Shown here: piece after piece, positions 20,310 to 28,963 of the stretch | Layout: each line of letters begins with the position of its first letter | How positions within the stretch are numbered: the stretch's first letter is position 1 | Source: Bacteroidales bacterium | Lineage (GTDB): Bacteria; Bacteroidota; Bacteroidia; Bacteroidales; UBA932 | DNA length: 64,000 bases | Direction of reading: 5' to 3' | NCBI GenBank assembly: GCA_017412645.1 | Contig: JAFPWX010000023.1 | Span: 3,770 to 67,769, forward strand | The notes under the pieces: model-generated | Seen by the model: the letters and a program-made list of their open reading frames with translations, nothing else | What the model was told of the DNA's origin: nothing | Database searches by the model: none | Program-made: the position numbers and the translations under genes

Positions 20310-20428
20310 CAAAAGGCAATAAAAAAGCGCAGCGAGCTTGCTCGTATGCGCTTTTTTAGTTGGCTTTTGCAAAGCCCCGCGCAGCGGGGTGGGATAGCGC
20401 AAGCTGCGAAGCAGCGCAGCAGAATCCC
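20309..20428 (+). repeat. Multi-hairpin trailer of tRNA-Ser (terminator-like long stem plus two GC-rich mini-hairpins)
   Basis: TAAAAAAGCGCA (20320-31) / TGCGCTTTTTTA (20347-58); CCCCGC-GCA-GCGGGG; GCTGC-GAA-GCAGC inside GGGAT...ATCCC. Confidence 0.65.
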
Positions 20429-20442
20429 AGGAGTACTGGATA

Positions 20443-22515
20443 CTAATCTACCGTAATGATTTCCGAGAGACGAATATCAAGGGCTGAGGCAGCTATCATA
20501 ATCTTATACTGTCCGGGATCGTTTACCCAAGAATGAGACGCAACATCATAATGGGAAAACGCTTCTTTGGGCAGGAAGATAGTAATGCCGGCAGATTTTT
20601 TTGGATCGAGAGATACTTTTTCATAACCCTTCAACTCCAAGTCTGCTTTAATGACAGAAGACCCCTCAGCTGAGATATAGAGCTGCGCAACTTCGCTCGC
20701 AGATGCCTTTCCGGTATTGGTGACCGTAAAACTCACCTTGAATCCACCATCGGATGGCTCAACAGAGAGGCCAGAATAATCAAATTTTGAATATGTGAGG
20801 CCATAGCCTAGCGGGAACATGGGTTCCACACCAAAATGAGACATGCCGCGATAACCGAGGAAAATACCTTCGCCATACTCTACAAAAGGATACTGGGAGA
20901 ATCTCTTGGAGTATCTCTTTGACGTCCTGTTTTCATAGGGTTTGGACAGGTAGTAATTCGCGGAAGCGGGATTCTTATCGATTGAGCCCCAGAATGTGAA
21001 AGGCAGACGTCCGGAAGGAGACACTTTTCCGGAAAGAATCCTGGCGAGAGCAGTCCCCCCCTCCTGGCCGGAGTACCATGCCATGAGGAGCGCACCGACT
21101 TTATCTATCCAGGGACTCACGTCCACTTCTCCTCCGGAATAGACGACAACGACAGTGTTGGAATTCGCAGCTGCTACCTTGGAAATCAATTCATCCTGAC
21201 CTTCGGGAAGAGCATATGTCCTGTCGAAATCCTCGCCCTCAGTATCATAATTGAACCCGGCAGCTACGATAACAGCACCGGCTTTGCGGATCTTCTCATA
21301 GTCCGGGGCCTTCCAGTCCATGAGTTCCACCTTATAACCCTTTCCGAGCCCGGATAAACCTGCAAAGAGTGTGATATTGCGTCCCTCAATGGGATCCATC
21401 CTGCCGCTGCCACCTCCGTAAGGAACAATGTCGGCATTAGGCCCGAGAACAATAATGGATTTCTTAGTGGATTTCTTAAGTGGCAAGATCCCGTTATTCT
21501 TAAGCATTACAGGTGCTTCCAAAGCCGCAGCGAGGGCATTGGCTCGTGAGATGTCGCAGTCTTCGGGGATGCTTTCATCCTTCACCGGATTATCCAGGAA
21601 GCCATATTCAATCACCGTCTGGAGAATATGCCGGCACTTTTCGTCGATCCAGCTCTCCTCAATTACACCGCTGTCCAGAAGCCGTTTTGCATTCTCGTAA
21701 TTCATCACATATCCACGTGGCATTTCAAGATCCAGACCACTGCCGAAGCAGCCGATTGCACTGTAGGTGGAAGTCCAGTCGCTCATTACTATGCCGTCGA
21801 ATCCCCAGGCACGCAGATTATCCTTTATGAGCCATGAATTCTCGGAAGCATGCGTACCGTTTATGGGATTATAGCTCGTCATTACGCAGGCAACGTTGCC
21901 TTCCTCCACCGCCTTCCTGAATGCAGGGAAATAGATTTCGTTTATCGTGCGTTCATCGGCATTGGAACTCACGCCGTGACGGTCAAATTCCTGATTATTG
22001 AGGGCGAAATGCTTGATTGTGGCCATCACCCCTTTACTTTGGATACCACTGATATAATGAAGCGCGGTTTCCGAAGCAAGATAGGGATCCTCTCCGTAAT
22101 ATTCGAAATTACGGCCACAAAGAGCTGTGCGATAGATATTTACGCCAGGGCAAAGCATGATTGCGACTCCACGGGCGCGGGCATCCAAACCGATGCCCTC
22201 TCCCACTTTCCCTGCCACGTCCCTATTCCAGGAAGCCGCGAGGGATATACCGCAAGGATAATATGTACTGTTCGTCTTGTTTCGAACACCCTGCGGGCCA
22301 TCAGCCATACGGATTGCCGGTATACCTAACCGGGGAATCGGCATAATGTGAAAGCCGTCTTCGTATTCCGCGTCTCCCCTTTCGCCGTGAATAAGGGTAC
22401 ATTTCTCTTCGAGCGTCATCTTTGATACGAGCTCTTCCGCACGTTCACGTGCAGACTGTGCATAGGAGGCTACTGAGCCTGCGACAAGCAACAATACTGG
22501 TAACAGTTTTCTCAT
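20443..22515 (-). CDS. GH3 beta-glucosidase (BglX-like), exported
   Basis: Signal peptide, MADGPQG, GRNFEYYGEDP, KHF, VMSDW nucleophile, FPLGYGLTY, C-terminal Fn3-like domain. Confidence 0.93.
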   Translation of the reverse strand: MRKLLPVLLLVAGSVASYAQSARERAEELVSKMTLEEKCTLIHGERGDAEYEDGFHIMPIPRLGIPAIRMADGPQGVRNKTNSTYYPCGISLAASWNRDVAGKVGEGIGLDARARGVAIMLCPGVNIYRTALCGRNFEYYGEDPYLASETALHYISGIQSKGVMATIKHFALNNQEFDRHGVSSNADERTINEIYFPAFRKAVEEGNVACVMTSYNPINGTHASENSWLIKDNLRAWGFDGIVMSDWTSTYSAIGCFGSGLDLEMPRGYVMNYENAKRLLDSGVIEESWIDEKCRHILQTVIEYGFLDNPVKDESIPEDCDISRANALAAALEAPVMLKNNGILPLKKSTKKSIIVLGPNADIVPYGGGSGRMDPIEGRNITLFAGLSGLGKGYKVELMDWKAPDYEKIRKAGAVIVAAGFNYDTEGEDFDRTYALPEGQDELISKVAAANSNTVVVVYSGGEVDVSPWIDKVGALLMAWYSGQEGGTALARILSGKVSPSGRLPFTFWGSIDKNPASANYYLSKPYENRTSKRYSKRFSQYPFVEYGEGIFLGYRGMSHFGVEPMFPLGYGLTYSKFDYSGLSVEPSDGGFKVSFTVTNTGKASASEVAQLYISAEGSSVIKADLELKGYEKVSLDPKKSAGITIFLPKEAFSHYDVASHSWVNDPGQYKIMIAASALDIRLSEIITVD

Positions 22516-22565
22516 TTCAGTCAGTTTTCACTAAATAAGTCCTCATAGGGCTGGTTCTCGAATCC

Positions 22566-24143
22566 CTACAACTCCATCGCCTTCTCGAAGACGTTGTCTA
22601 TCGCCAGATACATGTGATAGAAAGCATCGTCGCCCAGCTTGGAATAACGTCCTACCAACGCCCGCACCTGGGTCATGAGGTAAGGCTTCTCTACCGCCCA
22701 TTCGCGGGAAGATGTAGGCCTAATCCCGTCCTTCGATGCGGCAAACGCAAGGAACGCACGCTCCAGCCCGGCACCGTCGAGATAACGCACGAGCGCGGAG
22801 TATGAATCGATCGTCTGCAATTCTGCCTTGTGCGAATCGAACCATGCGGATGCGAAACGCATGGGAGTGGCCTTGCGGTTGCAGGCCTGATAGAATGACG
22901 ACACCCTGGTGGTATCGATGGGCACGAACACGTCGGGCACTATCCCTCCACCGCCATACACCTTGCGGCCCGCAACGGTATAATACACGGCTGACGTGTC
23001 CACCTTGATACTGTCGGCCGACAGCATCTCTCCTCCGGCATAGCGGTTATAAAGGTCGTATGCGTAATCCTCCTCGGAAGCGTAAGGCTTCTGGATGCAG
23101 CGGCCCGAAGGCGTGTAGTAACGGGCCACGGTGAGACGCACTCCGCTGCCGTCGGTAAAGTACAGCGGCTCCTGAACGAGACCCTTGCCGAAGGTACGGC
23201 GGCCCACAATTACACCGCGGTCGTTGTCCTGGATGGCTCCGGCAACGATTTCGCTGGACGAAGCCGAGCCCTCGTCGACCAGAAGCACCAGAGAAACATT
23301 CTGGTAGGCACCCTTTCCATCGGCCTTGTATTCCTTCCTTGGGCGATGCAGACCCTCTATGTAAACTACCGACGCTCCTTTGGGGAGGAAGAAATCGGAA
23401 AGTAGCAGGGCCTGGTCGAAGTAGCCGCCGGTGTTGTCGCGAAGGTCGAAAATGAGCCGTTTCATGTCCGGCATGGCGGAGAGCCTTGCAGCCACCTCTG
23501 AAGCGGTGGTACGGGCGAACTTGCTCAGGCGAAGGTATGCCGTGGTGTCGTTCACCATGAAGGCAGCGTCCACGCTGTGCATTGGGATACGGTCGCGAGT
23601 GATCTCAAATGGAATCACGTCGGAGCCGCGCCGCACTGTAACTGTGACCTTGGTGCCGGCAAGACCGCGCATACGGCGCACCATGCTGTCCTGAGGGTAC
23701 TTCACGCCGGCGATGTTGACGTCGTCCACCTTGAGCAGACGATCGCCGGGCTGCAGGCCTATCTTTTCGGAGGGCCCCCCAGGTATCACTTCCAGCACTA
23801 CGGCCGTATCGTTGGGAACGTTGAACTGAATGCCTATTCCATCGAAATTCCCCTGAAGCTCGGCTTCGGATTCCTCCAGCTGCACCGGTGGCATATAGAC
23901 CGAGTGGGGGTCCAGAGCTCCGAGGGCTGCGGTCACCGCGGCATCGGTAACCGCTTTGCGGTCCACCGTGTCCACGTAATTTTCGTCAAGGGAACTCAGG
24001 ATAAGGTTCAGCTTGCGCCAGTCGGAATACTTGGTGCGGAGCTCGCGGCGGTTGGCATCGAGCCGAACCACCAGCATGGTGGCCAGCACACCTACTGCCA
24101 CCCCCAGCAAGGCAATCCAAACGCTGGAATAACGGTCGCGCAT
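22566..24143 (-). CDS. S41 carboxy-terminal processing protease with PDZ domain
   Basis: LDPHS, GIGIQF, DLRDNTGG, SASSSEIVAGAIQD, TFGKGLVQ. Confidence 0.93.
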   Translation of the reverse strand: MRDRYSSVWIALLGVAVGVLATMLVVRLDANRRELRTKYSDWRKLNLILSSLDENYVDTVDRKAVTDAAVTAALGALDPHSVYMPPVQLEESEAELQGNFDGIGIQFNVPNDTAVVLEVIPGGPSEKIGLQPGDRLLKVDDVNIAGVKYPQDSMVRRMRGLAGTKVTVTVRRGSDVIPFEITRDRIPMHSVDAAFMVNDTTAYLRLSKFARTTASEVAARLSAMPDMKRLIFDLRDNTGGYFDQALLLSDFFLPKGASVVYIEGLHRPRKEYKADGKGAYQNVSLVLLVDEGSASSSEIVAGAIQDNDRGVIVGRRTFGKGLVQEPLYFTDGSGVRLTVARYYTPSGRCIQKPYASEEDYAYDLYNRYAGGEMLSADSIKVDTSAVYYTVAGRKVYGGGGIVPDVFVPIDTTRVSSFYQACNRKATPMRFASAWFDSHKAELQTIDSYSALVRYLDGAGLERAFLAFAASKDGIRPTSSREWAVEKPYLMTQVRALVGRYSKLGDDAFYHMYLAIDNVFEKAMEL

Positions 24144-24553
24144 TACTCTACCTCCAGCTTCTCAACCTCGATTCCCGCACGCTTGAGCAAGCGGATGCCG
24201 TCGTCCAGACGATACTCATCGGAATAGACCACCCTCTTGATGCCGCTCTGGATGATGAGCTTGCTGCACTCCATGCAGGGAGATGCCGTCACGTACAGCG
24301 TGGCTCCGGCTGCACTATTGCCGCTCTGCGCCACCTTGGTGATGGCGTTGGCCTCGGCATGAAGCACATAGGGCTTGGTGACCCCGTTCTCGTCTTCACA
24401 CACGTTCTCGAAACCGGCCGGCGTGCCGTTGTAACCGTCGCTGATGATCATGTTGTCCTTCACCAGAAGGGCGCCCACCTGACGGCGTTTGCAATAGGAA
24501 TTGGTGGCCCATATCTTGGCCATCCTGAGGTATTTGGCGTCGAACTTGCTCAT
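24143..24553 (-). CDS. dCMP deaminase
   Basis: HAEANAI and PCMEC zinc ligands. Confidence 0.92.
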   Translation of the reverse strand: MSKFDAKYLRMAKIWATNSYCKRRQVGALLVKDNMIISDGYNGTPAGFENVCEDENGVTKPYVLHAEANAITKVAQSGNSAAGATLYVTASPCMECSKLIIQSGIKRVVYSDEYRLDDGIRLLKRAGIEVEKLEVE

Positions 24554-26223
24554 TATTTCTTCCTTTGATAGAGGTAACGTTTGATGCTGCGCTTCGGAGT
24601 GCGCTCGAAGTCTTCGGGGAGGAACTCCGCATTCTTTATCTGCGCGTACACGGGCAGCAGTTTGTTCACTTCCGGAATCTCTTTCTGGAGTCTTTCCACA
24701 AGGGCTTCCTTGCTCAAGCCGTCGGACGCGCCCTGCGGGTAGTCCGGGTAGATGAGCGCGGTGAGGCCGCCGGCATCTTCAATCACCAGGGAGTCAACCA
24801 CATAGGACACGTTGTTGATCACCGCTTCGAGCTCTTCGGGATAGATGTTCTGGCCACTGGGACCGAGTATCATGCACTTGATGCGGCCGCGAAGGAACAC
24901 ATAGCCGTGCTTGTCCATTATGCCCATGTCGCCGGTACGGAACCAGCCGTCGGGGGTGAAACTCTTGTCGGTCTCTTCCTGATTGCGATAATAGCCGAGG
25001 AAGACGTTCATGCCACGGACCTGGATTTCTCCGGGGACCTTGCGCGGATTGGGGCTGTCCACACGGATTTCGCAACCCGGTATGGCCTTGCCGCAGGAAC
25101 CCTTGGGCAGGCTGCTCCACTTTTCGTATGTGAGAAGCGGACCGCACTCTGTCATTCCGTAACCGGTTGTGTAGGGGAAATGAATCTTATGGAAGAACTT
25201 TTCCACTTCCGGATTGAAGGGTGCGCCACCGAGAATCACTTCTTCGAATTCGCCACCGAAAGCCTTCATCACCTCGTTTTTGATCTTATACTCGATGGCC
25301 TGACCCAGGATGGGGATGTAGCGGAAGGTCTTGGTGCGGTCCAGCACCGGCTTGAGCTGCATCTTGTACACTTTCTCGATAATGAGCGGCACAGAGATGA
25401 TGGTAGCAGGGTGCACGTCCTGGAAGGCTTTCAGAATGATTTTCGGGCTGGGCACACGGGTGAGGAAATGCGTGTGCGCGCCTATGGTCATCTCGAAAAG
25501 CAGTTCAAACATGAGCCCGTACATATGGGCAGACGGCAGCATTGCCACCATGTTCGAGGTGTTGTCCATCTGCGGCTCGGCAATGAACTTGGCCGCATAG
25601 ATATTGGCATAGAGCGACCTGTACGGCAGCATCACTCCCTTGCTGAATCCGGAAGTGCCCGAGGTATAGTTGATGAGCGCCAGTTCGTCGGCACTGTCTT
25701 CGTAGTAATTGAGGTCTTCCGGCTGAAGGCGATTCGGATGCTTCTGAAGGAAAGCCCGGAAGATGCCGTCGCGGATCTGCTGCATCGTCTCGCTGTTCGA
25801 GTAGATGTACTTGAGGTCCCCGAGGCCCACTATCACCGAAAGGTCAGGCATCTCGTCTTCGGAAAGGTTCTCCCATACCACGCTGTCCACGAACAACACC
25901 TTGGCACCGGAGTGATTCACCAGGTAGTGGACGTTTCCAGCCTTGAACTCGTGCAGGATGGGCACGGCCACGGCTCCGTAGGTCATCGTGGCAAGAAGAG
26001 CCACCGCCCAGTTGGCCTGGTTGCGGCCGCAGATGGCCACCTTGTCGCCCCTACGGAGTCCGCAGCGCTCGAAGCCCATGTGCAAGAGCTCGATCTTGGT
26101 AGCCAGCTCCGCGTAGGTGAAGGTGTCGCCCTGATAATTGGAGAGGGCGGGGCGCGACCAGTTCTCGCGGAAACTCTTTTCGAAGAGTTTGTTTACCGAT
26201 TCAAATTTCAGTTCAGGATTCAT
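24553..26223 (-). CDS. Long-chain fatty acid--CoA ligase (AMP-binding)
   Basis: YTSGTSGFSKG, GYGMTE, GWFRTGD. Confidence 0.9.
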   Translation of the reverse strand: MNPELKFESVNKLFEKSFRENWSRPALSNYQGDTFTYAELATKIELLHMGFERCGLRRGDKVAICGRNQANWAVALLATMTYGAVAVPILHEFKAGNVHYLVNHSGAKVLFVDSVVWENLSEDEMPDLSVIVGLGDLKYIYSNSETMQQIRDGIFRAFLQKHPNRLQPEDLNYYEDSADELALINYTSGTSGFSKGVMLPYRSLYANIYAAKFIAEPQMDNTSNMVAMLPSAHMYGLMFELLFEMTIGAHTHFLTRVPSPKIILKAFQDVHPATIISVPLIIEKVYKMQLKPVLDRTKTFRYIPILGQAIEYKIKNEVMKAFGGEFEEVILGGAPFNPEVEKFFHKIHFPYTTGYGMTECGPLLTYEKWSSLPKGSCGKAIPGCEIRVDSPNPRKVPGEIQVRGMNVFLGYYRNQEETDKSFTPDGWFRTGDMGIMDKHGYVFLRGRIKCMILGPSGQNIYPEELEAVINNVSYVVDSLVIEDAGGLTALIYPDYPQGASDGLSKEALVERLQKEIPEVNKLLPVYAQIKNAEFLPEDFERTPKRSIKRYLYQRKK

Positions 26224-27473
26224 CTGTATAGGTTTAGTACGGTTTCTTTATCTGTGCAGCAGAGGCGGAATTCCTGCCCGGCTACTGCGTATTTTACTTT
26301 TTTACCGAAGGACTCTTCCCCCGGAGCGGCCCCACGGAAGGCCTCGACGTCTTCCGGGCTGCCAAAAACAAGCCAACGTCCTCTGGTTGTCATACAAACG
26401 GCTCCAACCGGTTCCGAGAAGATGCTTCCGAAGACCATGGCGGTATAGCCGGGGTACTTGTTGGGAGCGATACCCTTCACCTTAGGAGTTTTGGTGCAGC
26501 GGACTGCGGTGAGGCAGTGGCCCTCCCAGCGGAAACGGGCCAGTTCCTTCGGGCGTATGGTTTCGAACCACTTCCTCGGAGACAGTCCCCAGGCCTTGGC
26601 GGAGGAGCTGCAGCTGCGCTCGTGGGCCGACAGCATAGAACAGCTGTCCATCCATCGGCAGCGGGCTTCGTAGAAGGCGCTCCAGTCGGCCAGAGGCAGA
26701 TCAACCACCCAGTCGGCGCCTTCCGGGAGTATCTTTCCCAAAGCAGAATCCCCTGCCTTCAGGCTCTCGAATACGGAGAGATACCAGCGCTCGGGCCCGA
26801 GCGGCGAGAAAGCCATGCGAAGGCCTTCGGTGCGGCAGGCGTCGAACGATAACACCGTCCATTTGCAGGCTCCGGCAACAAAGCGGCCAAGAAATCCTCG
26901 CGACACTTCAACATCAGCCATGAAATCTTTTGGCAGCAGCTGCGCACCAGCTGAGTTGCGAAGCATCACAAAGCCTTCGCGGCCGTCGGCCTTCGCAAAC
27001 GCCTCGGCAAAACCGTCGGTATCCAGAATGGAAGTGCCAGCGGCGATGTGGATGAGGGCGTCTGAAAGAGCTGCAGTGGAAGGGGTGAGCAGCAGCGCCA
27101 CGTTCCTCCTTACTGAGTCGATTACGTAAGCCGCCTGAAGCTTCAGGTCCTGAGCCTGCTCGAGAAGGCCTTTCACTGTTTCCGAAGTATCGGTACGATA
27201 GCGGCCTGCGTCGAGGCTAAGAAGCGGCACGCGGCCCGGGGCGAAGTCGTAGGAAAGCACCATTTCGGTACCCTCCAGACGACCGAGGTCCAGACTGCGG
27301 AATACGTGGGTGGAATCGAGAAGAAGATCCAGCGCATGCCCGGCATGACGGAAATGCATTATTTCCACACTGCGCGACGGCACGGTACGCAGTAGCCACG
27401 GGGCTTCCCTGCGGGGACCCGAACAGGCCGCCAGCGCCAGCGCGACTGCGATTATGGCAATGATTCTTCTCAT
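26220..27473 (-). CDS. Hypothetical lipoprotein
   Basis: Lipobox LAAC; no motif recognised; 4-nt overlap with the next gene; upstream TATCTTTG on minus (27486-27493). Confidence 0.7.
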   Translation of the reverse strand: MRRIIAIIAVALALAACSGPRREAPWLLRTVPSRSVEIMHFRHAGHALDLLLDSTHVFRSLDLGRLEGTEMVLSYDFAPGRVPLLSLDAGRYRTDTSETVKGLLEQAQDLKLQAAYVIDSVRRNVALLLTPSTAALSDALIHIAAGTSILDTDGFAEAFAKADGREGFVMLRNSAGAQLLPKDFMADVEVSRGFLGRFVAGACKWTVLSFDACRTEGLRMAFSPLGPERWYLSVFESLKAGDSALGKILPEGADWVVDLPLADWSAFYEARCRWMDSCSMLSAHERSCSSSAKAWGLSPRKWFETIRPKELARFRWEGHCLTAVRCTKTPKVKGIAPNKYPGYTAMVFGSIFSEPVGAVCMTTRGRWLVFGSPEDVEAFRGAAPGEESFGKKVKYAVAGQEFRLCCTDKETVLNLYR

Positions 27474-27555
27474 AGTGCCGAATTACAAAGATAAGAATTT
27501 ATTTATTAAAGGCCCTTTATTAACATTTCGTATCTTTGTTCGTCTATTGGTTGAA

Positions 27556-28050
27556 ATGACTCAGACTGAATTCCGAAATACCTGGCTCCCGCTGAGCGAC
27601 GCCCTCTACAGGGTGGCGTTCTACATGCTGGAAGACGAGTCCGACGCCAAAGACGTGGTACAGGACCTCTATGTAAAACTTTTAGCCAAGTCACCCGGGG
27701 ACGTACGCAATCCGAAGGCCTATGCGATTACGATGCTTCGCAACATGTGCATCGACCGCATCCGCACCGCGCAGAAGTTCTTCAGCATCGATTGCGCGGA
27801 AGATTCCCCCAGGCTGGATTTCATGGCCACCGAACCGGATGTCCTGGCCACCAGGGAGAAGCTCCGCCGGGTACTCGCCATCATAGAAGGCCTCCCGGAC
27901 CGGGAACGTGAAGTGGTGCGGCTGCGCGTATTCGAAGACAGGGAATACGACGACATAGCTCAGTGCACCGGTTTGAATGAAGGACATTTAAGAGTTTTGC
28001 TGAGCAAGGCAAGAAAAAGAATAAGGACAGAATATGAAAGATATCAATGA
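27556..28050 (+). CDS. ECF sigma-70 factor
   Basis: DAKDVVQDLYVKL, LRNMCIDRIR, region-4 HTH ending LSKARKRIR; TATCTTTG at 27531. Confidence 0.9.
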   Translation: MTQTEFRNTWLPLSDALYRVAFYMLEDESDAKDVVQDLYVKLLAKSPGDVRNPKAYAITMLRNMCIDRIRTAQKFFSIDCAEDSPRLDFMATEPDVLATREKLRRVLAIIEGLPDREREVVRLRVFEDREYDDIAQCTGLNEGHLRVLLSKARKRIRTEYERYQ

Positions 28051-28438
28051 AATAGAAAGGCTCACCCCTGAAGATCTGGAGCGCATCGCTTCTGACGAGT
28101 CGGTGCGCGTGCCGGCGGACCTGAAGGCATCGCTCGAGGCCCTCGCCGGAGCGGCGGAGCTGGCGGAATCCGGAAGACCGGAGCCAACGACTGCCCGCCG
28201 TCCGCTATTCTGGGCGATCCCGGCAGTGGCGGCAGCGCTGGTAGCGGCCGTCATCGTCTTCCGGAGCGTTCCCCAGCAGCCTAAAGACACCTTCAGCGAT
28301 CCTTATCTTGCATATGCCGAAGTCCAGAAAGCAATCGGCCAAGTCTACCAGAAAAGAGATGCGGCGGCAGAGATAGCCGGAAACGCCGTCCCGGTAATGG
28401 AAAAGACGGAAGACATCCTTAACAGAATAATGAAATGA
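28034..28438 (+). CDS. Probable single-TM anti-sigma factor
   Basis: Overlaps the ECF gene; single TM; PKDTFSDPYLAYAEVQKA segment. Confidence 0.6.
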   Translation: MKDINEIERLTPEDLERIASDESVRVPADLKASLEALAGAAELAESGRPEPTTARRPLFWAIPAVAAALVAAVIVFRSVPQQPKDTFSDPYLAYAEVQKAIGQVYQKRDAAAEIAGNAVPVMEKTEDILNRIMK

Positions 28439-28920
28439 AAAAGATAATCATAGCGGCCGTACTCATTCTTTCGGCCATCAGCCTTCAGGCACAGAGCGCC
28501 AAGAGCCTCTATCGTAAATACGGAAACGAAAAAGGTGTTTCCGCAGTATATATCTCCCCTGCAATGTTCAGGCTCATCGGCCATCTGCCCGATGTGGAAT
28601 TGGAAGACGAAGACATCAATCTCAAGCCCATTCTTAAGAGCATCACCGGCATGTATATCCTTAACTGCGAGAATACCGTGGTGGCGGACAGGCTGCTCAA
28701 CGATGTGGAAAAAATGCTCGATTCCGGAAAATACGAAATGCTCCTTGAAGCCCGCGAGGAAGGGGAACTCACCAGGATGTTTACTGCGGGGGACAAAAAG
28801 TCCGTGAATTGTTTCATCCTGCTCAATATTGAGGACGATGAAGTCAACTTCATCTCCTTCGAAGGAGAGATTCCGCGGGAAGATCTGGAAAACGCCATAG
28901 CCGGAGCAGCGGCGGATTAG
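28435..28920 (+). CDS. DUF4252-like exported protein
   Basis: Signal peptide; VSAVYISPAMFRLIG; usual third gene of Bacteroidota ECF modules. Confidence 0.7.
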   Translation: MKKIIIAAVLILSAISLQAQSAKSLYRKYGNEKGVSAVYISPAMFRLIGHLPDVELEDEDINLKPILKSITGMYILNCENTVVADRLLNDVEKMLDSGKYEMLLEAREEGELTRMFTAGDKKSVNCFILLNIEDDEVNFISFEGEIPREDLENAIAGAAAD

Positions 28921-28963
28921 ATATTTTTTGTATTTTTGCGGCCATAATTCGTAAGTTAGAAGT

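Noticed and set aside
20309-22560. Integrative element or prophage at tRNA-Ser
   Set aside because: No integrase, no clear direct repeat of the tRNA 3' end at the far boundary, and only one cargo gene; kept only as an islet.
24565-26448. 627-aa ORF antisense to the acyl-CoA ligase
   Set aside because: Same shadow effect; composition typical of reverse-read codons.
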